Assembly: GCA_013265495.1 (NCBI GenBank)
Contig: MU058384.1
Span: 1,985,690-2,049,689, forward strand
From: Vicugna vicugna
Lineage: Eukaryota
Length of the DNA stretch: 64,000 nt
Direction of reading: 5' to 3'
Shown piece after piece: positions 24,946 through 37,666 of this stretch (position 1 is the first letter of the stretch; each line of letters starts with the position of its first letter). The notes beneath the pieces are model-generated. The model did not search any database. It worked only from the letters and a program-made list of their open reading frames with translations, and was not told the DNA's origin. The position numbers and the translations under genes were made by a program.

Positions 24946-26239
24946 ACATATGTATATATTTGTGTATGCATGTGTATGTGTGTGTGTACTGGGTCAATAA
25001 AAATGTATTTCTTCTTATGGGTCATGATCACACATACGAAACTCTCTGATTCTAGTTGAAGGGGCATAATATCCCCTTATTACAACACTGGCAAAATACC
25101 ATGAAACATACTGAATACATCAGTCCTGAGAGGATGCAAAATAGAGAAGAGAACTGGGTTGTGCGTAGCCCAGAACACTCAGTATAACACCCATTCTCAG
25201 TCTTAATTTGACAATTAATATGTGATTGCCTGAATCAGTGAGTGGAGCTAATCATAAAATTTTGGAATCAGACAAAATTTTAAATTACTTTGAAGATGGT
25301 TCTTACTGTGTGTCAGTGAACACCGTGAATAGTAATTATTCTGCAGCCACTCCAGTGGTCTTAAACTGAGTTTGAACTAGCAACTTGGAAAGGAGTTTCT
25401 TGAGCATACTGATAATACTTTAAGGACTTCAAGGATCACTTAGTTATAGTATGAGGACAGAAGTGTTCAATTGGATATTTTTATAAATCCCACACAACCA
25501 AGGACTAGAAACTCACTATAAAAAGTTACATTTCAAGGATACAATAAGCAACTCATGTATTTCTTCTTTTAAATATACTTCACATCAAAGTATCAAGTTT
25601 TCCTAAGCTAAAAAACTTACAATATATTATGATCAAGTTAGAAATTAATTGGGAAAAAGCTGAAGCAAATATAACAAAGTGATAACATTTAATTTTGTTA
25701 AGTTGAACATGGACACTTCTCTTAATAGTCTCCATATTTTCTTGCTCATTAAAAGCATTTCCTTCTTTCTCTTCTTAAGAAATCAATTGTGTCAAAAAGC
25801 ATTACTGTGCTTATTCAGACCTTGAAGACTCAAGTGGTGGCTGCCAGGGTCTGCTTTCAGAGTCCCTGACTTCGTTCCATGGGCACCTGTATAAGCTCTT
25901 CCTTACCTGTTCTCTTGTTCTTGAATGTCACACACATTCCTCAGTTTTACCCAGAGACTTAGACTCTAGACCTCAGTGAGGGGTGGCATCCAGGTTGATC
26001 CTGGATTCTCTTCTTCAGCCTCTGAATGCCTCCAGGACCAGCTTTCAAATTGCAGCAAAAGAGCTTTTACAATAATATCCCCTCCTAGAAAAAAATGTGG
26101 CGCTTGGGCACAAACCATGGCTCTGGAGGAGGGGCAGGTCACAGAAAACGGATATGTGTTGTGCATTGCCAACCTACGCGGTGCCCGGAGCCCTGGAGGG
26201 TCTGAAGGATCAGCTTTCACAAATGACAATGGGATGTAG

Positions 26240-27996
26240 TAGTGGTCTTCCAACTACATTTTGCTCCACAACCTAAAAATCTTCCGCGTCGCGTAACGAT
26301 TTTATAAAACTCTGTACCTCTTTACACATTTTAAAACCTGATTCCAGGAGTACTTGTTAATGTAAGCTTTATTGGTTGCAAAGAATATAATTTCTAGTGT
26401 GCATTAAATATCCATGCGTTGCTGTAACTGTTACCTCAGTATTTTTAAAGTAGCCAATGGAATCTAAATATCCCAGCAATTTGATACCATACATGTCTGT
26501 TTTTAAAAGATCTGAACCAGAAATTCCTTTTAGCAGTCAAAAATTTCACTTTATTCCTTGCTGAGTCCATTCAGTCTCCTCCACATAAATTTATCCAAAT
26601 GTAATATCATTCTATGCCCGAGTCTTTTCTAGATCACCATATTATATTATCTATAAGGCAAATGTGTATATAAATGGAAATTTTTTGCTGTATATGCCCA
26701 TAATGCTCTAAATGCTCAACTTTTCTATCATTACAATTACTAATCCACAGTTGATCAAAAAAAATCAATATGCTGACACTTTAGGAAGATTATTATACCT
26801 AAAAGAATTTTTTTGTTGGAAATGCACCTCAATGAGATGAATGAGGGTGTGTTTTAAAAGTTAGGCCATAATCCATTCATGAAGAGTATTATTACTAATA
26901 TGATAAAGATTTGGCAGTGTTTTTATTTCTATTTTTCATTTTTATAAACGTAGGGACTAAGAAAAAATTTTTAGATAAATAAATGTATGGGGATAGATAA
27001 GTTTTTGCTAAAACACAGTCTCTCAATTCTTCGAACTCATTCTAAGTTTTATGTCAAAAATCACCCAGTGATTCGTTGTAAAATTCTTTTTCATGTTCTA
27101 TCCAATGACAACTTGATTAGGCTTGCCTTCAATTTTGTTGGAGGAAAAGAATTAGAAACTACCTGGCTTGTAACAGAATTTTTATACAAGTATTAGGTCT
27201 CTCACCAGAAAAGCTTTGCCAAGACTTATCAAATGACTATTAATTATACATGTTACTTTTGACTTAGAGGTACTTTCTAAAATAAGATGTATTCAAAAGG
27301 GGCTGATAGAATTAAAATTATTCTTTTCAATATAACTTTGCACCATCATAGTTTTTAATAAACTTTTTATCTTATCACGTTTAAATATATTTTTTTTGTC
27401 CAAACTTTGATGAGCTAAAACAACAGATTTAGCTCACTGAATTTGTGGGAAATGTTTGCCATTTAATCAAGTTGGTAAAAGCTGTCGTCATAATTACTCT
27501 CTTCAGAATAACTCTGATTTCAGATTTCAATCCAAGTAAATATATTAATAAGAATTTTAAGAAATATTATGAAAACTATTGAGAAATAAATTACAAAGCA
27601 CATCTTAGAAAACAGATGGCTAAGAGTAGTAAAATCAAGGTTTAAATTACACAGAGGTGACAGAATTAATTTTTTTCATTTTTAACAATAAACCATGAAA
27701 CAAGAAAATAATGTTATTTCTTATAACAAATTGGTAATTAAGTGATGTATTATGAAATTCTAACTGAGTAGAAGTCTGTTTTTCTTTTTCAAGTGGGAAG
27801 AGGACTTCTGGGAAAGGGGATACCGGAATAAAGAACTTTCATAAACATGGCAGCCAGTTCTCAGGTTGATTAATTTCAAGTAAGAGTATGTGCGGGAATT
27901 GAGAATCTAGAAGTTGATTCCTTGAAAACTCTCTATGCACTTATGCCCCTTGGAAAGTCTTCTATGCCCAGGAGTACTCCAGCTTGAAGACTACTG
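26240..27996 (-). mobile_element. hAT-Charlie DNA transposon with decayed transposase C-terminus
   Basis: TIRs tagtggtcttccaact / agcttgaagactactg. The minus frame near 26.9-27.0 kb reads YLSPYIYLSKNFFLVPTFIKMKNRNK, matching the hAT dimerisation motif STYLCExxFSxLxxIKTKxRN. Confidence 0.75.
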
Positions 27997-28396
27997 CTAT
28001 TAGGAACCACATAACCAATCTGCTTTGACACCTAAAGGAATCAGGCATGTAATCAGTAACAACGATTATTATCCTGAGAAAGGCCAACTGCGATTTATAG
28101 GCGCAGGATTCTCAAAATTGTCATCAGTCATACTTCTTTATGATTTTCAGAGGCCAGCTGAATATCACAATGTTGACTCACAGCCCCTCAAACACAACAC
28201 ACGTGCATCTGAACTCACTGTCTTTCCACTCAGGCCTGCTCCTCGGTCTGCATTTCCTGCCTCACAGTATGAAACCAACATCTACCTAACCACCTGTAGA
28301 AAACGCTTCTGTTGTTCACCCAATATCCATTCTTCACTCACAGAACCACTGTTTAGTTCAGAGAGGCAATATACACAGCTTAAAAACTCCCTTGCA

Positions 28397-28604
28397 TAAG
28401 CAGCGAGGATCTACTGTATAGCATGGGGAACTATATTCAATTTCTTGTAATGAGCCGTAACGGAAAAGAAACTGAAACTACACATGTATGTATGTATGTA
28501 TGTATGTATGTATACATATAACTGAATTGCTTTGCTGTACACCTGAAACTAGTATTGTAAATTGACTACACTTCAATTAAAAAAATTAGAAAAGACAAAA
28601 ATCG
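28397..28604 (+). mobile_element. Short 5'-truncated L1 3' end with (TGTA)n, inserted in an old MaLR LTR
   Basis: Perfect 15-bp TSD aaaaactcccttgca (28382-28396, 28605-28619). Confidence 0.9.
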
Positions 28605-31600
28605 AAAAACTCCCTTGCAACTAAGAGTAGCTATTCAAACTAGTTCTGCCTATTGCATGTTATGACAGGGATGGGACATCCAGGAAAGCTCTTTTAAATG
28701 GGGCAGACTCAGCCTCTCCTCCTTCACCCCTCTTCTCCATCCAGACTGGACCACAGATGTGATACTGGAAGCAGCACATGCTTCTCACAGTAACAAGAGG
28801 ACAACATGAGGATGAAGGCCCACACTAAAGAAAGCTGGGCAGAGAGCCAGGAGGGGCCTAGGACCCTGCCCACATCGCAATCTGCACAGCAGCAGTAGAC
28901 TGCCTTGCCAGCTCTCCTAGCCAAGTGCAATCCTTACATCTTAGCCAAACCAGAAACCTGGGTCATTCTCCAAGGTTCTTTTCCCCTCATTCCCACATCC
29001 ACCTGCTGCCCAAGCCCTAATTATTTTATTTCCTGAACATCTCTGCCATTTCCATATTCTTTGTCCCTACAACCACTACCTTAGTCTGAGCCTTTGCCTT
29101 TTGGGGTGTCCATTTCTCTGGTAGCAGTGTTTTCTTATTAGAGTCTCAGTTTGCCACCGAAGCTTTGAAATGGACTCCACTGGCTGCAGAATGAGGCACC
29201 AGCATCTTCAAATGAAGCACTAGGTTTTAGAATATGATCTGACTCTTGCTTGTCTTGCTAGATACATTCCTGATGGGGCCTCTCCAACCCTGCAGTCCAG
29301 ACAAATTGAGCCACATTAAGTTGTCCATTGTTTTTAGACCTTTTTTCTCTCTCCTCTTTCCCCTAAAATAACCTGCATCCCACGGGTCATCATAGCAGAC
29401 ATTTACTCTTCTTTTAACACAGTTTATATCCCTCTTGAAGGCTTTCATGGCTCCACCCCTCCCTTAAAGAAAGAGAATTAGGGGATTCATAAAACTTGAT
29501 GTAACAATCATTTTATCCTTTTCTGAGAAACGGGAATTTAAAATGCTACAATCTTTACATGAATATATTAAAAATGCATATATATATTTTATAGTACTAT
29601 ATAGAGTATTTTTATGTAAATATAGTTTAGAATCCTGTTATAGCTGACATAGCTTTGATGAAGTTAATATTTCCACAGAAGCTAGTGGTAAAATGGAATT
29701 AGCCCAGTAATTTCTGAAAATGCCATGCCTATCAGACTAATGTCATTATTTTCTGTGTCTTATTAGCATTGTTGTTTGCTTTGAATAGTGAATGGTGCCT
29801 GGGTGGTTACCTGTCTGATTAATTTGTTTTATGTGGAATCTAATCACAGTTCCATCAATATGTCAGCATTTAAAAAACATTTGGAGTGGTAATTGAATAC
29901 TAACAATGTGAATTGTCCATTTAATCATCATAATACAGGCACCATCATGCCACATGTGTTATGTGCTCAGAGTTGAGAAGAGATAATGGTGCCCGGATTT
30001 ATGTTTGACTATATTAAAATAAACACTATGTTTGTTACAGCTGGCCAGTCTTTGTTTCCTTATAGTATGCAGTGATTTGTAACTATTTTTAAAGCCCTTG
30101 CTACAATGCTAGAAACACTGGTATGAGATCTGCATAAAGAAAGAAGATTAGACGTGAGAACCTATTTCCTTAGCTTTGTTGGGCATTTATTTTTAATGCT
30201 CATCTAATCTGCTTAAATACATCTGCATGAGGGATGGGGCACAATGCTTTAGGAATGCCGGGAAAATATATAAATTAAAGGCATTTCCCTTTACCCCTCC
30301 ATGCACAGTGGGCAACTGAGTCTAATGAAGTGGCTTCAGAAAGGGCTCTCCCGTCCAGGGTCACACGGACCATCCCTTTCTGCCCTCTTCCTTCCACGAT
30401 GGCCACAGCTCCGTGTGTCCCATAGGCTACTGTTCTTCTCCACACCAAGCAGTGTCCCCTGCTTTTAATCTGGAGCAGGTGCCTGCAGTGGGCAGGATGC
30501 ACAGGACTGTTTCTACATGGGGGGAACGGGAGAGGGAAGTAGCAAGAATGGATGGATCAGGAGGAGGGGTCAACAGAGAGAACCTTCTTGTGCTGAATCC
30601 TTCTTCTCATTCACTTTCATTTAGAGAAGTGACTCTCAAAGAGAAGGGCTGGAAAAGGAGGGAAAGTTGGTCCTGGAGCATCTCTTTCATCCAAAGCAGT
30701 CAGGCCTGTGCCGCAGGGCCTCTGCTCTCAATGCCCTCTAAATCCCCCAGCCCTGGCCTCAGCCTTGCTCCCTCTAAAACACAACCCCACCCCACCCTGG
30801 TCCCAGGCACCAGGCTCTCCCAGGCGATGGAGGCAGGGAAGACCTGTGCTCACAGAGTTGTTGGTGAGAAAACCTGCTGCCAGGGTGAGAGTAAGAGAAA
30901 GAGGGAGGGAGAGAAAGGGAGGGAGAGGGGAGAGGGAGGAGGAAGGGAGAGGGGAGAAGAAAGGGAGAAGGAAGCATGGAGACAAGAGAGAAAAGCAGGT
31001 AGACAAGTAAGACATGGAAGGGAGGAGAATGAACCCCTTTCCTCTCAACCCCTCCACCCCTGAGGCTTTAAGGATTTAAGCCTCTCCCTCCAACCCTCCT
31101 GGAGAAGGATTTGGGCAACTTGCATCCCTTGGGGCAGGGGCCCTAGGCGGAGCAGGTTGTGTCTACTGGCAGACAGAAGAGAGAAAAGGAGTCCAGAAAG
31201 CCCAAGTGGACGCTGGGTCTATGACAGCGCCCCCAGCAAGGCGTCACAGAGAGTCTCTGCGACACAGGTCACAGCTCAGGCGCCTGCAGGGCCACCCTGG
31301 TAACCAGCAGTGGCGGGGCGGGGGTTGGGGAGGTGTTCTGGTGACGGGGGTGGGGAGCACAAGTCAGGGCTACCATTACTTTGTTCCCACCAAAATTTGC
31401 TGTGTCATAATCTTGGCCTAGTATTACCAGATCTGTTTTGTTTCATTTTCAAGAGAATCCAGGAATCTGTGTTTTTTTGAGAAATCTCTTGATTTTTAAA
31501 TGTCATTAACCGCTTTTAAATGTTTTTAAACATATGGGCCAAAATGGAATATTTCTGTGGGCCATATGTAATCCATTTGTCAGTTAAACTTTTTTTCTTT

Positions 31601-32488
31601 CTGTTCATTGAACTTCCATGGAACTTTGTAGCAAGAGCACCTGAGCACTCATTTCTGATACTTTCAGGAGGTCTGAGAGGGGAGCAGGCAATCTGGAAAT
31701 TAATTGGGAAACTAACTACCTAAAGGAATTGTTAAAATTACATAAATAGACATGCTGTCTATTTAGGTTTTTCTGGGAGCTGTATTCATAATAGTCACCA
31801 TTTATAACATTATTTTTGGGAAATACATGTTTCATGTTCCAACAGCAACAACGAAAAGCAATAAGCGTTTGGAATTCAACCCCTTCATTGGTTGAAGAAT
31901 GCCATTATATCCAGTATTTTATTTGAAGAGGGTTTTTTTTTTCATTTTTCAGTTTTATTCAGTAGAATTGTTACAATTTGCACATATACAATATATTGCA
32001 TGTAAATACATATACACTATATACTGCACATCATTTTTTAATTTATGTATATATATGTGCTATTCATTGTTTCTAAGAACAGTTAAGAGCTTTAGCTTTT
32101 TAAACTTACATTGTTATCAAAGGAACAAAGCCAACCACAAAGTAAGAATCAACAGAATGCAGTGATCTAATCACAAAAGATAGTCAACCAGGTTTTCTAT
32201 GAGATACGATCTGACAAGATTTTAGAGAATTCCTGCAGACTTAGCCAGCCATCTGCAGTTCTTGCTGTAACACAGATACCTAATCTCCTTTGTAACTAAG
32301 ATGCCTCAGCCAAGATTAGTTTCACTGCCTGTGGCCCATGCAACGTTAAACCATAAGATCATATATCACTTGGGATGGATATAAATATCTGTAAGAAGAT
32401 TAATGTGCTCTGACTAAATATTTAGTCAGGGCCATTTAAGCAGAGTACATCACTGACTGTCTTAACTTTAAACAGGATTTATAGATGC

Positions 32489-33028
32489 TGTGATGGTTAA
32501 TTTTATGTGTCAAATTGGCTGGGCTATAGTACCCAGACACTAGTATAGATATTGCTATGAAGGTACTTTTTAGATGTGATAAACAGTTTTAATCAGTTGA
32601 CTTTAATTTCTGGTGGGGGGAAGGGTGGTAATTAGGATTATTTATTTGTTTTGATGGTGGTACTGGGTATTGAACCTAGGACCTCATGCGTGCTAGGCAC
32701 ACACTCTACCACTGAGCTATACCCTCACCCACTAAAATCAGTTGACTTTAAGTAAAGGAGATTACCCTCCATAATGTGGGTGGGCCTCACCCAATCAGTT
32801 GAAGGCCTTAAGATAAAAGACTGATGTTACTCAGAGAAGAAGGAATTCTGTCTCAAGACTGTAACATAGAAGTCCTGCCTGAGTTTCTAGCCTGCTGGCC
32901 TGCCCTCCAAATTTCAGACTTACCAGTCCCCACAATCACATGACCCAATTCATTAAAATAAATCTCTCTGTATATACACAGATATATACTTTATTGATTC
33001 TATTTCTCTGGAGCACACTGACTGATAA
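32489..33028 (+). mobile_element. MLT2 (ERVL) solo LTR
   Basis: tgtgatggttaattttatgtgtcaa start; 5-bp TSD GATGC. Confidence 0.9.
32607..32735 (-). mobile_element. Camelid tRNA-derived SINE (vic-1-like) inserted in MLT2
   Basis: gagggtatagctcagtggtagag…ctaggttcaatacccag on minus strand; 16-bp TSD aatcagttgactttaa. Confidence 0.9.
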
Positions 33029-34099
33029 GATGCCCATCTGTGAGTCTGGAAAGTGCACTTCTTCTAGTCAGTCCCTCTCACCTGTTCCTCAGCTCTACCA
33101 TAAAGCATTATTTTTTTCAGTATAAGGTTTTTATCTCTGATAAACCGTGAGTACGATTAAGTTATTACTTTGTAATGTGGATGTTTTCACGATGCATCAC
33201 AAGTTCGAATTCTTCCTTTGGCTGCACCCCTTAGTTTATGGGGAAATAAAATCAAAGGAACTAATATTTACTGAGCAGGCACTTTTTATACTACATTCAA
33301 CAAACCTCTGAAATATGCATTATTTTTATTATTTTCCTCATTTTTACAAAGAAAGAAAACATCCCTAGAGCACATCTCATATAATGTAGCCAGATGAATT
33401 TTCACAATCTTAGCACACTTGTGTGACCAGCACCTAGATCAAGAAACAGAACTTGACCAGCACCCCAAAAACACTTGAAGTATTATGTTGTATATATGTG
33501 AATATAAATGTTTGCGTGTATATGAATGTATATGTGCATGGGAGAGGGGTTGTAACCATATCCAGATCAAGATATAAAACATTCCCAGCACCCCAGAAGA
33601 CTCCCCCTGAGCCCTCTTCCAATGGCTACTTCCTCTTCCTCTTCCTCTTCCTCACCACTGTCTGCATTTCCAGTGGCAAAGATTCATTTTGCTCATTTTT
33701 ATTCTCTATATAAATGGAATCATACACATGTGTACTCTTTGGGCTCCAGCTTCATTTCCTCACCCGTTATCTCTGTAAGATTCATCGACACCATTCACAT
33801 AAAGTTATAGTTCATTAACATGAGATGCAGAAGAGTGTAAACTATCACTTAAACCATATAAGTTATCTGACCAAGGTCACACAGCTCTAGTGAGCAACAG
33901 GGCCAAGAGTCCAGCCCAGGAGCATCTCGTTCCAAGGCCCATGCCTTTTTCCTGCTTTGCCAATGTTTTTCAAAGTAGCATATGTGAAATAACCTTAAGT
34001 TGCACATGGGTAAATACTAATAATTGTGCTTTTACTCTGCTTTTGGAAAAAATAACTAGCACCTCAAGCCTATAATGGAGGTTCCTTTTTATTAATAAA

Positions 34100-34531
34100 C
34101 AGTTCAAAAGTTCAGACTTATGCCTGCACTATGATCCAGTAATTCTACTCCTATGTAGATACCCACCAAAAGATAAGGACAGGTTTTATTTGTCATAGTC
34201 AAAGTGTAAACAGCCTACATTTCTGTCAACAGTAAAATGGATAAATTGTGAAATATTCGTAAAACAGAATGCTACACAGTAATTTAAAAAAGAACAGACT
34301 TGCTACTTACAATAACAGGGATGAATCTCTTACGCTGTTACGAGCAAAGATGACAGACACAAAGAATGCGTGTTATACAATTCCATTTGTACGAGTTCAA
34401 GAGCAGGCAGAATTGATCTATGGCGATTGATGTCAAAACAGGGGTATAGGGATTGAAATTTACTAGGAAGGGTCATGAGGGAGACTTCAGGGGTTGGAAA
34501 TGTTTTACATCCTAATATGGGTGGTAGTTAC

Positions 34532-34573
<42 letters not shown>

Positions 34574-34640
34574 AAAAATTCCTGGAGCTGTATACATAAG
34601 ACTTGTGTGCTTTATCATATAGTCTAGAAAAAAAAACAAA
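34100..34640 (+). mobile_element. Old L1 (L1ME-type) 3' end with (TG)n at ~34535-34569
   Basis: tatgatccagtaattctactcct…gatgaatct…attccattt…ggcagaattgatctatgg L1M 3' motifs. Confidence 0.75.
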
Positions 34641-34795
34641 TAAATATATTTGCATTTTTAAAGTGAATCTACTTTTTCAAAAATTCAGAATTAAGAATAG
34701 TTCCTGTGTTCCACAGATAGTGGAAGCACCAGGAAGGCGAGAGTCATGAGATACTTGAGAAACACTACCCTGCCCACAGGAGCCTCTAACAACAG

Positions 34796-34984
34796 CAGTG
34801 CTGGGGGGTGGGGAGGGGAGACACACCCTCAAAGCCCAGTCTGGGGCCAGCAGTATTCGCATCACCTGGGAGTTTATCGGATCTGCCATCTCTTGTGCCT
34901 GACTCAGACCTACTGAAACACAATCTGCATTCTACCAAGATCTCCAGGTGATTCATAGGCCCTGAATGGAAAATAGAAGCACTG
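34796..34984. mobile_element. MER5A-like hAT-Charlie
   Basis: gcatcacctgggag…cagacctactgaa…aatctgcatt…aagatctccaggtgattcat…agaagcactg. Confidence 0.75.
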
Positions 34985-36423
34985 ATAAAGACAACTGTAA
35001 GACTAATTATTTCACATGCATTTATTTTATCTTCCTAACTGAATCGTAAACTTCCTGCAGACAGTGTAGGATAGCTCAGACTCCCAGTTACGTTACTTCC
35101 TGGCTACGTAACTTTAGGAAGTTACTGGATTCCCTAAGTCTCCGAATATAAAGTGAGAATAATAATCATAATATTATTATTAACACCTACTTCATGGGTG
35201 TTGTAAAGATTAAATAAAATAATGTATATGAAGTTCTTCATCCATTGCTACATGCTGAATAAAAGCTTAATAAATGTTAGCAATTACTATCACGTTCATC
35301 TGTGGTGCAGGAGGAGAAGGACATTTGCTCATCTAGTCAACAAATGTTAACTGAGCACCTACTATGTGCCAGGTATTGTTTTAAGCACGGAGGATACAAC
35401 TCTGAACAAAACTCTGCCTCACAGGGGTTTCTGTTCTCGGTTTCTGAGTTTAGGGGAGCCGGGGGTAATTGTGTGGCAGAAGGCAATGTTCAGAGAGACC
35501 CTGGGGAGAAAGACACAGGAGCACCTCAGGGAGACCTCCCAGTTGAGTCCTGGGGTATCTGGCATCACTACAAACTGCTTTTTCCTCGCAGATGGGTTGT
35601 GAGCACTGTCAGTAAAAGAAGCGTGCCAGGATCCTTTCACACCTTTCCTGGAGACAGCCTACTCCCATGAAAGAGAAAATGTAGCACCTGCAAACCTCTT
35701 ACTTAAAAACTCTTTTCAAAGAAATCCTCCGTGTTCTTTTGATATTTGTGCCTCTATAAATAAATTGGGAAGAAACATCTCCATTTGTATCCCAATAAGG
35801 AAAAATTACAATGGCTGTCACATGGGTCCATAAATTTGCTCCAGGGGAGGTGAGACCTGGGTCATAACCCACCCCACTTTGCTGGAACAGCTGCCTAGGT
35901 GGGCAAAACTACCCTGTGTCAGCCTCCACCCCAGTTGACCCAGTCTGCCCTGGGGTTTAGCCCCTCAAAGCATTTCACTTTTGACTGAGGGCTGAGAGCA
36001 ATGCAGGTTCTACTTAAACATGTAATATTTGATCTGGTGGTGAATAAAAGGAGAAGAAACCCACTCACAGTTCTTTGTCTCTTGGTGGTCTTCAGTTTTT
36101 GCTTTTTTGTACTTAGAAGAAACCCGTAAGCCAGCCCAAAATGGAGAGTCGTCTTGGACTTTGGCAGATCCTGAAAGAGAGGATAGGAAGTTGCTTTGGG
36201 GAGCCCTTTTCTATTCTTTCCCCTTCTCCCTTTCTTCCACTCCACAAATCACTGCCTAAAAAGTCACTGAAAACACCTGAACCCATTCAGAGACTCATTC
36301 TGGGCCTCAGACCTTCATTCTCAGTCTTTCTGTCCCTCCTTTCCCATGTCCTGTTTAGATTTGGGTTGAGTTAAGCCTTGTAGAGGCTTAGAGCAAGGCG
36401 TAGGCAGGCCTGGAACATTAATA

Positions 36424-36655
36424 CAGTTGACCTTTAAACAACAGAGGTTTGAACTGCATGGGTCCACTTATCTGCGGGTATTTTTAATAGAAATACTGCA
36501 GTGCTACGTGATCCACAGTTGGTTGAACTGGCAGATGTGGAAGCCTGGATATGGGGGAACAGTAGATATGGAGGTTCAGCTATAAATTATACATGGATTT
36601 TCCACTGTGTGCGGAGTTGGCACTGCTAATCCCTGCATTGTTAAAGGATCAACAG
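36424..36655 (+). mobile_element. Tigger2-type TcMar MITE
   Basis: TIRs cagttgacctttaaacaac / gttaaaggatcaacag flanked by TA TSDs. Confidence 0.85.
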
Positions 36656-37005
36656 TAATTAAGAGGCATCTATGTTTTTGCCTACTTGAAGATCTAGGAT
36701 TCTGGACTAGAATTCTGGATTCCAAAGCTCCCAGGGTCAGCATCTCTGCATTATGGAGATTGGTACCTTCAACCTAATTGGGTCAACTTGGAGTTTCTCA
36801 CATATCCAGCTACTGGGACCACTTCTTAGGAAAAAACCAGCCTTATCGAGGTATCTGCTTTCTTAGCCTCAGGCTTACCAGCTCCCTGCTTGCTTCTTTT
36901 TCCTTCTGCCTGACACTGGACTATCAACATGCTTTGCAATCAAATCTTGCTGGATCATGACACCTAGACTTCCAAGTATTTGATAATAAAAGTGAAGTTA
37001 AGACT

Positions 37006-37666
37006 TGTTACTGAACTAGGTTCATTGGCCCGACGTCAACAAGCCAAACTCCTGAGGCTTGCAGCCAAGAAAGGGTTTATTCACAAGGCAGCCATGCAAT
37101 GAGACGGGAGAACAAATCTCAGATCCACCTCCCCAAAGGCGGGGGACTTGGGATATTTGTGGGTGAAAGAGTGTAAGGTAGTGGAGGTGGAGGGAAAGGT
37201 GATTAAAAGCTGGAAAAAGATGAGGTAACTGCTGCTCTGTGCAGTGATGTCTGCGTTACATGCTTTTTCATAGAATACATGTCCAGAAAATGGCAGCATT
37301 AGCATGATCTTAGAGTGGAGTTTTTGCCCCTTTGATATCAAAATGTCATCCATCAGACACTTGCACAGTGTCTGAACAGTTGAACAGTTGATGGTCTTGA
37401 CCCGTTGGAACTGGGCAAGACCAGCTCCAAGTTCCTTAAAGATAACTTAAGCAGCCATTACGGTAGTGACCCATAGGTCAGAGGTGTTATCCTTAAGGGA
37501 TGGTTAGAGTCTTGTGATATATTGTCTATGCTACATGAAGCTTGGAGGGTATGCAATTTGCAAGAACAATTAAAGCAAGCTTGGTTAGTGAAGACAGGTC
37601 ACGGGATGTTATTTATTAAGCAAGTTATAGTTTAAGGGATCTAACTGATGACTGCCCTTGGCTTCA
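37006..37666 (-). mobile_element. ERV1-type solo LTR
   Basis: TG…CA ends, ~660 bp, poly(A) signal on minus strand (tttatt ~37076). TSD not clearly preserved. Confidence 0.7.

Noticed and set aside
30413..31063. 216-aa plus-strand ORF
   Set aside because: Driven by GC-rich and (GA)-rich low-complexity sequence; non-ATG start; no domain.
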